From the NCBI GenBank assembly GCA_963799775.1, contig CAWCYD010000002.1, forward strand, positions 64,001 to 128,000: a stretch of DNA of 64,000 nt, read 5' to 3'. The notes beneath the pieces are model-generated. The model was not told where the DNA came from. It did no database searches and was given only the letters and a program-made list of their open reading frames with translations. The position numbers were made by a program, and so were the translations under genes. Positions 36,728 through 49,635 of the stretch are shown one piece after another (positions within the stretch are counted from its first letter, which is position 1; every line of letters starts with the position of its first letter). The stretch comes from an uncultured archaeon (GTDB lineage Archaea > Thermoproteota > Nitrososphaeria > Nitrososphaerales > Gagatemarchaeaceae).

Positions 36728-39700
36728 TTGGAGGCTTCCCCCTCGGACGAGGCGACGTGGTACAGGGACGCCATCATCTACGAGGTACACGTCAGGGCAT
36801 TCTACGACAGCAACGGCGACGGCCAGGGCGACCTGCCGGGGCTCACCTCGAAGCTTGACTACATCAAGGACCTGGGGGCTACGGCGATCTGGGTGCTCCC
36901 CTTCTATCCCTCGCCCCTGAAGGACGACGGCTACGACATCGCGGACTACACGCAGGTCCATCCTTCTTACGGATCGCTCAAGGACTTTCGGGACTTTCTG
37001 CGGGAGGCCCACAAGAGGGGGATCAAGGTGATAACCGAGCTCGTCCTGAACCACACCTCGGACCAGCACCCCTGGTTCCAGGAGTCGAGGAGGGCGGAGC
37101 CTGGCTCCGACGCCAGAAACCTCTACGTCTGGAGCGCGACCCCAGACAAGTACAAGGAAGCCCGGATAATCTTCAAGGACTTCTGAGAGGTCCAACTGGA
37201 CCTGGGACAGCGAGGCCGGGGCTTACTACTGGCACAGGTTCTACTCCCACCAGCCCGACCTCAACTTCGACAACCCGCGCACCCAGAAGCTGATGCTCGA
37301 GACCGTCGCCCTCTGGCTCCGCATGGGTGTCGACGGCCTCAGGCTGGACGCGGTCCCTTACCTCTACGAGAGGGAAGGGACCAACGGGGAGAACCTCCCG
37401 GAGACGCACGCGTTCCTCAAGAGGCTGAGGGCCTACATCGACGCCAGCTTCGAGAACAGGATGCTCCTCGCCGAGGCCAACCAGTGGCCCACCGAGGCGG
37501 CAGCGTACTTCGGGAACGGGGACGAGTGCCACATGGCCTTCCACTTCCCGCTGATGCCGCGCATGTTCATGGCAATCCAGATGGAGGACCGCTTCCCCGT
37601 CATCGACATCCTCGAGCAGACGCCTCCCATCCCGGAGAACTGCCAGTGGGCCGTCTTCCTGAGGAACCACGACGAGCTGACTCTCGAGATGGTCACGGAC
37701 GAGGAGCGGGACTACATGTATCGCGCCTACGGGCAGGACAAGCAGGCGAGGCTCAACCTCGGCATCCGGAGGCGTCTGGCCCCGCTCCTCGACAACGACA
37801 GGAAGAAGATAGAGCTCATCAACATCCTCCTCTTCACGCTCCAGGGCACTCCCGTCATCTACTACGGGGACGAGATAGGCATGGGCGACAACTACTACCT
37901 GGGAGACAGGAACGGCGTCAGGACGCCAATGCAATGGAGCGCAGACATCAACGCCGGCTTCTCCAAGACGAACCCTCAGAGGCTCTACCTCCCCGTCATC
38001 ATCGAGCCCAAGTACGACTACACCGCAATCAACGTCGAGAACCAGGAGAACGACCCTGCGTCCCTGCTCGTCTGGATGAAGCGACTCATCTCGACCAGGA
38101 AGCACTACAAGGCGTTCGGGAGGGGGAAGGCGGAGTTCTTCTTCCCCGACAACTGGAAGATAATCGTCTACACCAGGACATATGGCGAACAGGTCCTGCT
38201 GGTGGCTGCCAGCCTCTCGAAGCGCGCCCAAGCAGCCGACATCGACCTCTCGAAGTTCGAGGGCTACACGCCCAACGACGTCTTCGGCGGGATCCCCTTC
38301 CCAGACGTCGGAAAGACGCCCTACAGGCTGACCTTCCCGCCCTATGGGTACTTCGTCTTCTCGCTGACAAAGCGCTCGAGCCCCTCTGCGAGCGCACCTG
38401 AGAGGCCCATCCCCGAGCTCGGCGTCCTCAAGAAGGTCGTCGAGGTCTTCAGGGGCAAGGTGCGAGAGAGGCTGGAGAACGAGCTCCTCCCCAGCTACCT
38501 TCCACGAGCCCGCTGGTTCGCTGGCAAGGCCCGCGTGATCGAGAGGACCAGGATCAGGGACACGATCCCGCTCGACGCAGCCCCGGACTCGCCCTTCCCA
38601 CCCACGCTCGCCATCATAGATGTCTACTACGCCGAGGGCCTTCCCGAGGCCTACGTGCTGCCCCTGGCCTACGCCTCGGCAGAGAAGACCGCCGGACTCG
38701 TCGAAGGCAACCCCGCCTCCGTCCTCGCCAGGATAGCGCTGGAGAAGCAGTCCCCCGGGATCATCTATGACGCCATCCTGGACGCCTCATTCCGCGACCA
38801 GCTGCTCGCAACGATAGCGAAGAGGAGGAGCGCGAGAGGGACGCTCGGCGAACTCGCTGGGGCCCCCCGGCCCGCCCTGAATTCCGTTGGCCTCGACGGG
38901 CTGACCTCCCAGCTCCTGGGTGCCCAGCAGAGCAACACGTCTGTCGCCTACGCCGACAAGCTGATACTGAAGCTTTTCAGGAGGGTCGAAGAAGGGATCA
39001 ACCCCGAGGTGGAGATCGGCGACTACCTCACGAAGCAGTTCTTCCCGGCCACGCCCGCCCTCTACGGAGAGCTGCAGTATCGCCAGCCAGGCTCAGAACC
39101 CGCCACGCTCGCTGTGCTCCAGGAGCAGGTCAGGAACGAGGGGGACGCCTGGTCCCTGTTCACGACGGAGTATGCGAACTTTCTGGAAAGAGCCGTCTCG
39201 TACAAGGGGGAGAACATCCCCGAAATCGAGCGAGCAGGCAAGCCAGGCCCGCGATGGGCCCCCTGGACGGACACGTCAGCGGCCCTCAACGAGCTCGTGG
39301 GCCGTCCTTTCCTCGAGAAGGTCGCGCTCCTCGGCACCCGGACGGCCCAGTTCCACTTGGCTCTCGCCAAAGACACGGACGACGACGCGTTCAGGCCTGA
39401 GCCCTTCACCCAGCTCTACCAGGTCGCGCTGTCTCAGTCGATGATCAGCTACGCTAATCGGGTTCTCCGCCTCGTCGCAGCTCACCGGCCTCCAAATGCG
39501 ACGACCAAGGCCATGCTCGACCAGATCCTCTCGAACCAGGGTGTCCTCATGAGCCACTTCACGAAGCTGAGGCAGACGAAGATCGACGGGCTGCGGATAC
39601 GCATCCACGGGGACTACCACCTCGGCCAGGTGCTCCACACGGGGAAGGACTTTGATATCATCGACTTCGAGGGGGAACCCGCGCGCTCGATGACGGACAG

Positions 39701-40154
39701 GAAGATCAAGCGGTCGCCGATGAAGGACGTGACGAGCATGATCAGGTCCTTCCACTACGCGGCCTACTTCAACCTCCTCGGGCAAGGGTCGAAGACCGTC
39801 GTAAGGGGAGTCACCAACCCAGAGGTTTGGGCGGAGGCCTGGTACGAGAGCGTCTCCTCGGCCTTTATGAGGTCATATCTCGCGTCGTTGCCCGACACGA
39901 TCCTCTACCCCAAGGACCAGGCCGCCTTCGAGACGCTCTTCGACGCATACCTGCTCGAGAAGGCCATCTACGAGCTAAGCTACGAGATGAACAACCGCCC
40001 GAACTGGATGGTCCTTCCTCTCCGAGGGATACTGAGCCTCATCCCGACCCCGTCCTCCGCGTCAGGGACGCCCGCATGGACCCGTCGTCCCGTAGGAGAC
40101 CGGCACGACCCCGAGGCCACTTTATTATGGAAGATTTCTGGGAGACGCCTATAG
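36728..40154 (+). CDS. treS: Trehalose synthase-maltokinase fusion (TreS-Pep2/Mak), frameshift ~37185
   Basis: [34 protein letters not shown]; C-terminal QSNTS, LKLFRR...[22 protein letters not shown]. Confidence 0.93.
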
Positions 40155-40185
40155 GAACGCGGACGACCTCTTGGGGTGATAGACC

Positions 40186-42301
40186 GTGAGAGTATGGCCG
40201 GGAGCCCCCTACCCTCTCGGCGCGGCTTGGGATTCGGGCGGGACCAATTTCTCGATCTTCTCCGAGAACGCGACCGGGGTCAGGCTGCTACTATACGCCG
40301 ATGCTGCGGCGACGCAACCCAAGGAGATAGTCGAGATTAGGGAGAAGACCGGCCACGTCTGGCACGCCTATCTCCCAGACTGCCTGCCGGGACAGCTCTA
40401 CCACTACTCCATTGACGGCCCGTACGACCCGCAGAGAGGGCACCGCTTCAACAAGCACAAGGCCCTCGTCGACCCTTACGCCAAGGCGATATCAGGGACG
40501 GTGCGCTGGGACGACTCTGTCTTCGGCTACAAGGTCGTCGACCCGGCGGCCGACCTCACCATGGACGAGAGGGACTCATACGCCTTCACACCAAAGTGCG
40601 TGACGATCGACCCATCCTTCGACTGGGGAGACGACAAACCTCTCCACATCCCGTGGAACGAGACGATAACCTACGAGCTCCACGTGAAGGGCTTCACGAA
40701 GCTCAACCAGGAGGTCCACGGAGAGGCTCAGGGGGACGTACTCAGGCCTCAGGTCGCCGAAGGTAGTGAAGTATCTGAAGGACCTCGGAGTCACCGCCGT
40801 CGAGCTCCTCCCGGTACACGAGCACATCGACGACAAGTTCGTGGTGGACAAGGGGCTCACTAACTATTGGGGCTACAACACTCTGAACTACTTCACCCCT
40901 CACTCTGGGTATTCCAGCAGCGGAGCCCTGGGAGCCGTTCACGAGTTCAAGCAGATGGTGAAATCGCTTCACTACGCCGGGCTCGAGGTGATTCTAGACG
41001 TCGTCTACAACCACACAGCGGAAGGAAACCAGCTCGGCCCCACCCTCTCCTTCCGCGGAATCGACAACGCCGTCTACTACCGCCTCTCGCGGGAGAACCC
41101 CCGCTTCTACGTCGACTTCACGGGAACGGGCAACAGCCTGAACATGCGCCACCCCAACACAATACAACTCATCATGGACAGCCTCAGGTATTGGATCCTG
41201 GAGATGCACGTCGACGGCTTCAGGTTCGACCTCGCCTCGACGCTCGCGAGGGAGCTGTTCGACGTGGACCAGCTCTCGACGTTCTTCGAGGTGATCCAGC
41301 AGGACCCCGTGATCTCGCAGGTCAAACTAATCGCAGAGCCCTGGGACCTGGGTCAGGGAGGCTACCAGGTGGGGAACTTCCCGACCTTGTGGGCCGAGTG
41401 GAACGGGAAGTACAGGGACACGATAAGGCGCTTCTGGCGCGGGGACGAGAGCCAGGTCGGCGAGCTCGGGCACCGGCTCACCGGCTCGAGCGACCTCTAC
41501 CAGGACACGGGCCGGAGCCCCTTCGCGAGCGTGAACTTCGTCACAGCCCACGACGGGTTCACCCTGGACGACCTGGTGTCATACGAGAAGAAGCACAACG
41601 AGGCGAACAAGGAGGACAGCAGGGACGGCACCGACGACAACCTGAGCTGGAACTGCGGCGCCGAAGGCCCCGTCGCCGACCTGAAGATCAAAGAGCTCAG
41701 GCGCAGGCAGATGAAGAACTTCATGACCACGCTCCTCGTCTCTCAGGGCGTCCCCATGATACTCGGGGGCGACGAGATAATGAGGTCGCAGAACGGGAAC
41801 AACAACGCCTACTGCCAGGACGACGAGCTTAGCTGGGTCTCTTGGAGGATGGACGACGCGAAGAGGGACATGCTCTCCTTCACGAGGAGGCTGATCGCCC
41901 TCAGGAAGGAGCACGTTGTCCTCCGGAGGAAGAAGTTCTTCCAGGGAAGAAAGATCATCGGCTCGCTCAAAGACCTGATGTGGTACCAGCCCGACGGGAC
42001 CGAGATGACGGAGGAGACCTGGAACAAGGCCAAGGTCCACGCGATAGGGATGATGCTCGTGGGGCACGCGATCGACGAGGTGAACGAGCGGGGTCAGAGG
42101 CTCCTCGACGACACAATCCTCGTCCTCCTCAATGCGGGTCGACAGGCCATCCACTTCGTCCTCCCGAAGATCGGCGGCCGCTGGGAGATCGTAGTCACGA
42201 GCCAAGATCCGAAGCTGAAGGAGGAGAAGAGGACGGTCGAGAGCGGAGCGAGCTTCAGGCTCGAACCAGTCTCCTCTGCGCTCCTTCGAAACGTCCCTTA
42301 G
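40186..42301 (+). CDS. glgX: Glycogen debranching enzyme (GlgX/TreX), frameshift ~40720
   Basis: [46 protein letters not shown]. Confidence 0.95.
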
Positions 42302-42326
42302 GAGAAAAGGAAATCGTGAGCATGTC

Positions 42327-45200
42327 ATGGCGCGCAGACCCTCAAAGCAGGTCCGTCTCGGTCAAGCCGAGCTTCCCTGCGCAACATACAGGGTGCAGCT
42401 CAGCAACCGGTTCAGGTTTGCCGAAGCCCGAGGGCTGGCCGACTACCTGGCTCGACTGGGCGTCAGCCACTTCTACTCTTCTCCCCTCCTCCGCGCAAAG
42501 AGAGGGAGCCTGCACTGCTACGACGTCGTAGAGCACGACCAGCTCAACCCAGAGCTAGGGACGATGAAGGAGTTCATGGCCTTCGCGCGCGAACTCGCTC
42601 GCAATGACCTTCGCCTTCTTCTCGACATCGTCCCCAACCACGTGAGCGCGAGCGACGAGAACTCCCTATGGATGAGCGTCCTCGAATATGGTCCGTATTC
42701 TGGCTACGCGGAGTTCTTCGACATCAGGTGGTCTCAGGAGGAAAAGGTCGTGCTGCCGATTCTTGCCGACGAGTTCGACCGCGTCCTGGGCACTGACGAC
42801 CTGGAGGTCCAGTACGAGGCGGAGACCGCTTCCTTCCTGCTGCTCGTCAGCCGCGGCGTGTTCGTCCCGCTGACCCCCCGGAGCTACGCGGACATCCTCC
42901 AGCTAGCGAGGGAGGGAGAGATCCCTCTCCCAGGCAAGGAGGTCAGAGGCCTGGACTCCCTCGTCAAGGGCTTCAACGGCATGCCCGGCCCGAGCGCAGC
43001 TCCTGCCGTCTCCGAAGACCCCGTGGCCCAGCTTGAGGCATTGAGAAGGCGGTTGAGGTCCCTCTGCACGAGATACCCGATGCTCCTCGAGGCCATCGGA
43101 GCGGCTCTCGGCAAGATAAACGACAAGCGGGGCGGTGCCCTGATGTCCTCGATCCTGGCCTCCCAGTTCTTCCGCCTCACATTCTGGAGGAACGCGCCAC
43201 GCGAGATAAACTACAGACGTTTCCTCAACCTGAACGACTACGTCGCGATCCGGGAAGAGGACGACTCGGTCTTCGATGAGTCTCACGCCCTGATAATGGA
43301 CTTGACAAGCAGGGGCTACATCGGTGGTCTCAGGGTGGACCACCCCGACGGTCTCTCTGACCCTCGGCTCTACTTCCATCGGTTGAAAACGGCTGCAAAC
43401 CGTTCCGTGCGCTCCAGCGATGCCAAGGACGCTCCCGTTTACATCGTCGCCGAGAAGATACTCCGGAAAGGAGAGCCGCTCCAGAAGGATTGGGAGGTCC
43501 AAGGGACGACAGGGTACGACTTTCTGAACCTGCTCAACTCCCTCTACGTATTGAGCGCGAACGAGAGGGACTTCGACAAGATCCATTCAGAGTTCACTGG
43601 TCGGAAGTCCACGTTCGAAGAGGTCTCCCGAGGGGCACGAAGGGCGGTCATCGAGAGGACGATGTCAGCTGACCTCCATTATCTTTCAGGACTGCTCGCC
43701 GCCGTGGCCAGAGAGGCCCCGAGGTATCGCGCACTCGGTCAGGAAGCACTCGCGGAAGCCATAGCCGAGGTGGCATCTTGTCTCCCGATCTACCGGACAT
43801 ACTTGTCTCCCCAGAGGCCATCTCTCACCGAGTACGAGCGACGCCAGGTCACCACCGCGATCTCGCGGGCGAAGAAGCGCGAGAAGCCTCCAGACCCCAT
43901 GGCATTGGAGCTGGTGGGAAAGACCTTCCGGCCCAGCCCTCGACTCAGAAAACAGTCCATGCGGTTCGTCATGAGCTTCCAGCAATTCACTCCTGCGGTG
44001 ATCGTCAAGGGGACGGAAGACACCGCCTTGTATCGATTCAACCGGCTCGTCTCGCTCAACGAGGTGGGAGGAGAACCGACCGAGTTCGGGACGTCCGTGG
44101 GGGCCTTTCATGACGCGAACCTCTCGAGGCGAAGGCAGTGGCCCCTCTCGATGCTAGCCACTTCCACGCACGACACCAAGAGAGGCGAGGACTTGAGGGG
44201 TCGGATCAACGTGCTTTCGGAGATGCCCGAGGTCTGGCGATCTGCGTTGTCGAGATGGAGTGCGATGAACAGAGACAGCAAGAGCATCCTCAACGGCGAA
44301 CCGGTGCCGAACACCGACGACGAGTACCTGCTCTACCAGACGCTTCTGGGCGCCTGGCCTCTGGAGGGCTCCGAGCTCTCTGGGTTCGTGGAGCGCGTTG
44401 TCGCGTACATGGTGAAGGCCTCGAAGGAGTCGAATCGTCGCACGAGCTGGGTCTTCCCCAGCCAAGGATACGATTACGCCCTGGAGAGGTTCGTCAGGTC
44501 GTTGTTAAGGGACGGGGAGAATCCATTCCTGTCCGACTTCCTCGAGCTTCAGGCCCGGGTCTCGCGGTTCGGGATCCTCAACTCGCTCTCGCAGCTGCTC
44601 CTGAAGCTGACCTCCCCTGGGGTCCCGGACGTCTACCAAGGAACGGAGGTCTGGGATTTCAGCCTCGTCGACCCAGACAACAGGAGGCCGGTTGACTTTC
44701 AGCGACGCTGGATCATGCTCGATGAGCTGGAAAGAGAGGCCAGGGCCGCAGCGCGGAAGGCGACGGGCTTGCTCGACCTCGCCTCACGATTGGTCGACCA
44801 TCCGGAAGACGGACGGGTAAAGATGTTCGTAATGAGCAAGGCGCTGAGCCACCGTAGAGCACATCCAGGCCTCTACACGAGAGGCGATTACATCCCGGTG
44901 GCTTGCGAAGGCCCAAGGAAGCAGCACGTCTGCGCTTTCCTGAGGAAGGAGAAGGGCCAGAGCGCCTTGGTGATCGCTCCTCGCTTCTTCGCCGTGCTTG
45001 GGGCGGAGAGGTGGCCTTTGACCGATCCCAGAAGCGTGTGGGGGGCGACGAAGCTCCACATCCCGCGAGGCCTGCCCACAAGCTACACCAACCTGTTGAC
45101 CGGGGAGCGGGCAGATGCCACTGGACGCGGGGAGAATCGCTGGCTCGAGCTGGACCGAATCCTCGGCAGGTTCCCGATAGCGCTTCTAGAGGGCGGGTGA
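42327..45200 (+). CDS. treY: Maltooligosyl trehalose synthase
   Basis: ATYRVQL, DIVPNH, INYRRF, GLRVDHPDGL.DP, TSTHDTKRGED, PGVPD.YQG, SLVDPDNRRPVD. Confidence 0.95.
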   Translation: MARRPSKQVRLGQAELPCATYRVQLSNRFRFAEARGLADYLARLGVSHFYSSPLLRAKRGSLHCYDVVEHDQLNPELGTMKEFMAFARELARNDLRLLLDIVPNHVSASDENSLWMSVLEYGPYSGYAEFFDIRWSQEEKVVLPILADEFDRVLGTDDLEVQYEAETASFLLLVSRGVFVPLTPRSYADILQLAREGEIPLPGKEVRGLDSLVKGFNGMPGPSAAPAVSEDPVAQLEALRRRLRSLCTRYPMLLEAIGAALGKINDKRGGALMSSILASQFFRLTFWRNAPREINYRRFLNLNDYVAIREEDDSVFDESHALIMDLTSRGYIGGLRVDHPDGLSDPRLYFHRLKTAANRSVRSSDAKDAPVYIVAEKILRKGEPLQKDWEVQGTTGYDFLNLLNSLYVLSANERDFDKIHSEFTGRKSTFEEVSRGARRAVIERTMSADLHYLSGLLAAVAREAPRYRALGQEALAEAIAEVASCLPIYRTYLSPQRPSLTEYERRQVTTAISRAKKREKPPDPMALELVGKTFRPSPRLRKQSMRFVMSFQQFTPAVIVKGTEDTALYRFNRLVSLNEVGGEPTEFGTSVGAFHDANLSRRRQWPLSMLATSTHDTKRGEDLRGRINVLSEMPEVWRSALSRWSAMNRDSKSILNGEPVPNTDDEYLLYQTLLGAWPLEGSELSGFVERVVAYMVKASKESNRRTSWVFPSQGYDYALERFVRSLLRDGENPFLSDFLELQARVSRFGILNSLSQLLLKLTSPGVPDVYQGTEVWDFSLVDPDNRRPVDFQRRWIMLDELEREARAAARKATGLLDLASRLVDHPEDGRVKMFVMSKALSHRRAHPGLYTRGDYIPVACEGPRKQHVCAFLRKEKGQSALVIAPRFFAVLGAERWPLTDPRSVWGATKLHIPRGLPTSYTNLLTGERADATGRGENRWLELDRILGRFPIALLEGG

Positions 45201-47241
45201 AGGAGGTGGGGCGCCTTGCGGCTGTCGCTGCAGTTGCAGGATGTGCGCCGGCTCTTCAGCAGGGTCGAGCCTTACATAGTTTGACTCGCCCTTCCAATTG
45301 AACTCCTTTCTTGTGAGGAGGTCCAGGACGGCGAAAGGCCGATCCGGTTCCACCCCTATCTCGGAGAGCGGGACAGAGACGTTCGTTTCATGGGCGTGGA
45401 AGGGGTCGAGGTTCACCGCGACCAGGACGACGTTCGACTTGTCCTCCGTCCACTTGCCGTAGAAGAAGACGTTGTCGTCGGTGGATTCCAACAGGCGGAG
45501 GTTCTTTGTGGAATGCAGAGCGCGGTTGGTCCTGCGTATCTCGTTGATCTTTGCTATGTAGTCCTTGATGTTCCCGGGCCTGTCCCAGTCCCAGACCTTG
45601 TACTGATACTTCTCAGAGTCCAGGTACTCCTCCGACCCTTCTTCCAGTGCCTTGTTCTCGACCAGCTCGAAGCCGTTGTAGATCCCGTATAGGGACGAGA
45701 GGGTCGCCGCGAGTATCAGCCTGACCTTGAACGCCGTCCTTCCTCCTTGCTGCAGATATGACGATAGGATGTCGGGCGTATTGGTGAAGAAGTTCCCGTT
45801 GAAGTACTCCGACGTCTCCGACGTCACGAACTCGCTCAAGAACTCTTGCAGCTCCTGCCGCGTGTTCTTCCAGGTGAAGTAGGTGTAGGACTCGTCGAAA
45901 CCCACCTTCGCGAGGAGCCTCATCAGCTTGGGTCTCGTGAAGGCCTCCGCGAGGAAGATGACCTCCGGGTTCCTCTTCTTCGCCTCAGCTATCAGCCATT
46001 CCCAGAAGCCGGGAGGCTTCGTGTGCGGGTTGTCCACTCGGAAGGTCTTGACGCCCTTCTGCACCCAGAACCGGACCACCCTCAGAGTCTCCTCCCACAA
46101 GGCCATCCTGTCAGGCCCGTCGAAGCGAAGCGGATAGATGTCGTAGTACTTCTTCGGCGGGTTCTCGGCGTATCTCATCGTCCCGTCGCTGCGGTGGAAG
46201 AACCACTGCGGATGCTCGCTCACATACGGGTGGTCTGGCGAGGCTTGGAGGGCCAGGTCGATGGCCACCTCCATCCCCATGGCGCCCGCGGCCTCGACGA
46301 AGTGCTCGAAGTCGCTCATCGTCCCCAGTTCCGGATTGACCGCGTCGTGGCCTCCCTCCTCGCTGCCTATCGCCCAAGGGCTCCCAGGGTCGCTCTCCGA
46401 GGCGCTGGGACTGTTGTTCTTGCCCCTCCTGTTCTCGCGCCCTACCGGATGGATGGGAGGGAGATAGACGACGTCGAATCCCATGCGCTTCACATCAGGG
46501 AGCCTCCTCTCACAGTCTCGGAAGGTGGCGCCTTTGTTGGGGACCGTCCCCTGTGAACGGTGGAACATCTCATACCACGCCGCGTACCGGGCCTGCTCGC
46601 GATCGACGACGACGCGCAGCATCTTGTGTGAGACGTGGTCCCGTCGTTGAGAATAGGCTCCCAGGAGCTCCGAGAGCCTTGGTGCCTTCGCGACCTCCAG
46701 CGCTTTCGCCTTGTCCGCTTGCTTGATCGACTTGAGGTGCCCCATGAGCTCGGCTTTGTCAGGGCCAATAGCCTTCGCGATCGCCTCTTCGACCAACCTG
46801 TGCAGGTTGTGCACATCGACGGTGACGTCTTCTCCAGCGGCCGCCCATTTTTCTATCGTCAGCAGGGAGGTTTGGAACTCGTCCGTCCAGGCCTCTACGG
46901 TGTACTCGTGGGTGCCCAGGGAGTCGAGGACGAAGCTCCCGGACCATCTGTCGTTGTCGACCGGTCTCATCTCCGACTCCTCCCATCTCGCCTCCCCAAG
47001 CCTCCTGTGCTTGAGCGAGGCCCTGACCTCGTCTCTGCCGTACCTGAATATGTCCGCCCACACGTCGAGCCTGTCGCCCAGGGCCCCGCTTCACATGGAA
47101 GCGCCCGCAGTCCAGCTCCGGGTAGACTTTCTCGATCGAGATCGAGTGTAGAGGCAGGGGACGGAGGCCGGCCCCCTGGCCCGCCGACCGGGCGAGGGCC
47201 GTGTCCGACGTCGGGGCCGGACGGGGCGGAGTCGTCGTCAT
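45186..47241 (-). CDS. glgE: Alpha-1,4-glucan:maltose-1-phosphate maltosyltransferase (frameshift ~47085)
   Basis: IEKVYPELD.GRF.VKR then WYEMF.RS, YLPPIHP.G..NR.G.NN, YAENPPKKY.DIYP, RVDNPHTKP, AEAFTRP, NTPDIL, DSEKY; TGATG overlap with glgB. Confidence 0.93.
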
Positions 47242-49446
47242 CACTCCAATCCCAGGATCAAGACGCCGAGAGGGGGGAGCGTCAGCGCCACCGAGAACGG
47301 CCTGTAATTCCATGAGACGCGGGTCGAGTTGACGCCTCCCAGGTTGCCCATTCCGCTTCCTCCGTATTCCTTCGCATCGCTGTTGAGGAGCTCTTTGTAG
47401 AAGCCTTCCGCGGGGACGCCGACCCTGTAGTCAAGCCTCGGGACCGGGGTCATGTTGGCCGCGACGAGGACGTACCTCCCGTCCCGCGACCTCCTAAGGA
47501 AAGTTATGACGGAGCTCTGCTCGTCTTGGAAGTCCACCCACTCGAACCCAGCGCTCGAGAAGTCGAGGTCGTGGAGCTCCCTCCTCTCCTGATACAGGCG
47601 GTTCAGGTCCTTGACGAAGAGCATCAACTTCGAGTGCATCGGCTCGTCTGCGAGCTTCCAGTCCAGGCCGGTACGGAAGTTCCACTCGTCCCACTGACCG
47701 AACTCTCCGCCCATGAACAGCAGCTTCTTCCCTGGATGCGTGAACATCCACCCGTAGCAGAGGCGCAGGTTCGCGAACCTCTGCCAGACGTCCCCAGGCA
47801 TCTTGGAGAGCATCGACCTCTTGCCGTAGACGACCTCGTCATGGGAAAGGACGAGGACGAACCTCTCGCTGAACGCGTACCAGAGGCTGAAGGTGAGGAG
47901 GTTCTGGTGGTGTTTCCTGTGAATCGGGTCCTTTGAGAAGTATTCCAGGGTGTCGTGCATCCACCCCATGTTCCACTTCATGTCGAACCCCAGCCCTCCT
48001 TCCTCCACCGGCCTGCTGACGCCCGGCCACGCTGTCGACTCCTCGGCTAGCATGACCGCGCCCCTGCGGTAGTCGTGCACCGCCGGACTCACCTGCTTGA
48101 GGAACGCGATCGCCTCTAGGTTCTCCCTCCCTCCCATCTCGTTGGGGATCCACTCGCCCTCCTTGCGCGCGTAGTCGAGGTAGAGCATCGAGGCCACCGC
48201 GTCGAGCCGGAGGCCGTCGACGTGATACTTCTCGAGCCAGAAGATCGCGTTCGAGATGAGGAACGACCTCACCTCGTTCCTGGAATAGTTGAAGATTAGA
48301 GTCCCCCATTCCGGGTGCGTCCCCTTGCGGGGGTCCGCGTGCTCGTAGAGGTGGGGCCCGTCGAACATCGCGAGGCCGTATTCGTCCTTAGGAAAGTGCC
48401 CTGGCACCCAGTCGAGGATCACCCCTATCCCGTTCTCGTGGCACTTGTCCACGAAATACATGAAGTCTGCGGGCTCGCCGAACCTCGAGGTCGGCGCGAA
48501 ATAGTTGACCACCTGATAGCCCCAGGAGTCGTCGAGAGGGTGCTCCATGATGGGCATCAGCTCCAAGTGGGTGAAGCCCAGTCCCTTGACGTATGGTATG
48601 AGGCTGTCAGCCAGCTCGCGATACGACAGGTACGACGGAGGCGGTCTCCCGGTCGCCTTCTTCCAGGATCCCAAGTTGACCTCGTAGATGGAGATCGGTC
48701 TCTCAAGGTCCGGGCCCCTCGCCCTCTCCATCCAGGCCTTGTCGTGCCACTCGTATCCTCGGAGGTCTACGACGACCGCTGCGGTGTCCGGCCTCAGCTG
48801 CGTGCGGAACGCGTAGGGATCCGTCTTCAGGAGCACCTTGCCCTCCGGTTTCGACTTGATCGCGAACTTGTAGAGCTCGGAGGCGCGGAGTCGAGGGATG
48901 AAGAGCTCCCACACGCCGCTGGTGCCCCGGCTCGACATGGGGTGAGCTCCTGCGATCCAGTGGTCAAAGTCCCCCACCACGCTCACCGCCAAGGCGTTGG
49001 GCGCCCACACGGCGAACTGCACGCCTTCCACGCCCTCTCTCACCAGCGTGTGCGCCCCCATCTTCTCGAAACTCGTCCTGTGTGTGCCCTCGCCGAATAG
49101 GTGTAGGTCATAGTCGGTCAGCAGGGGCCCAAACGAGTATGGGTCCTCGCGCGTCTCTTCGTATCCGCTCTCGTCGACAAACGAGATGGTGTACCGTGCC
49201 GACCTAGGCGCAGGCTCAACCTTGGCCTGGAAGAACTTCGTCCCGCCTACCTCGGTCATCGCTATTTCGCGTCCGTCCAGGGTCACCCGCGCCCTCTCGG
49301 CCCTAGGAAGGTATGCCCGGATGAGCAGGAACCTCCTTCCCTTTGAGCCTCCGCAGCTTTGGCCCCAAGACCGATGCAGGGTTGGGCTCCTCGAACCCCA
49401 CCACCCTCCTGACCTCACCACTGACCGGTCCGAAAGAAGTTATCAC
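47241..49446 (-). CDS. glgB: GH13 1,4-alpha-glucan branching enzyme (probable N-terminal frameshift ~49335)
   Basis: VWAPNA, SWGYQ, DWVPGHFP, RLDAVASMLY, AEEST, SHDEVVYGK, HPGKKLLFMG; alternate frame gives EPNP.SVLG N-terminus. Confidence 0.95.
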
Positions 49447-49565
49447 AGCGAAGGCCTACTCAGACTCAATCCTCGCACGAAAAATTTCTCACTATTTCGG
49501 GATATTATGGCTTTAAGGACTTTCTTCTAGCCTTCGAGCCTTCCGGGACCGGCCATCCGAGTGAA

Positions 49566-49592
49566 TAGAAGATTGTTCGCCACGCCTATAAT
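49566..49592 (+). promoter_or_regulatory. Palindromic site TAGAAGATTGTTCGC + 6 bp + TATAAT, treZ promoter
   Basis: Exact shared 12-mer at 49566-49577. Confidence 0.75.
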
Positions 49593-49635
49593 CTCCTTCG
49601 ATTCTCGACGGCTTGCATTGGGTCAAGCCGGCTCG

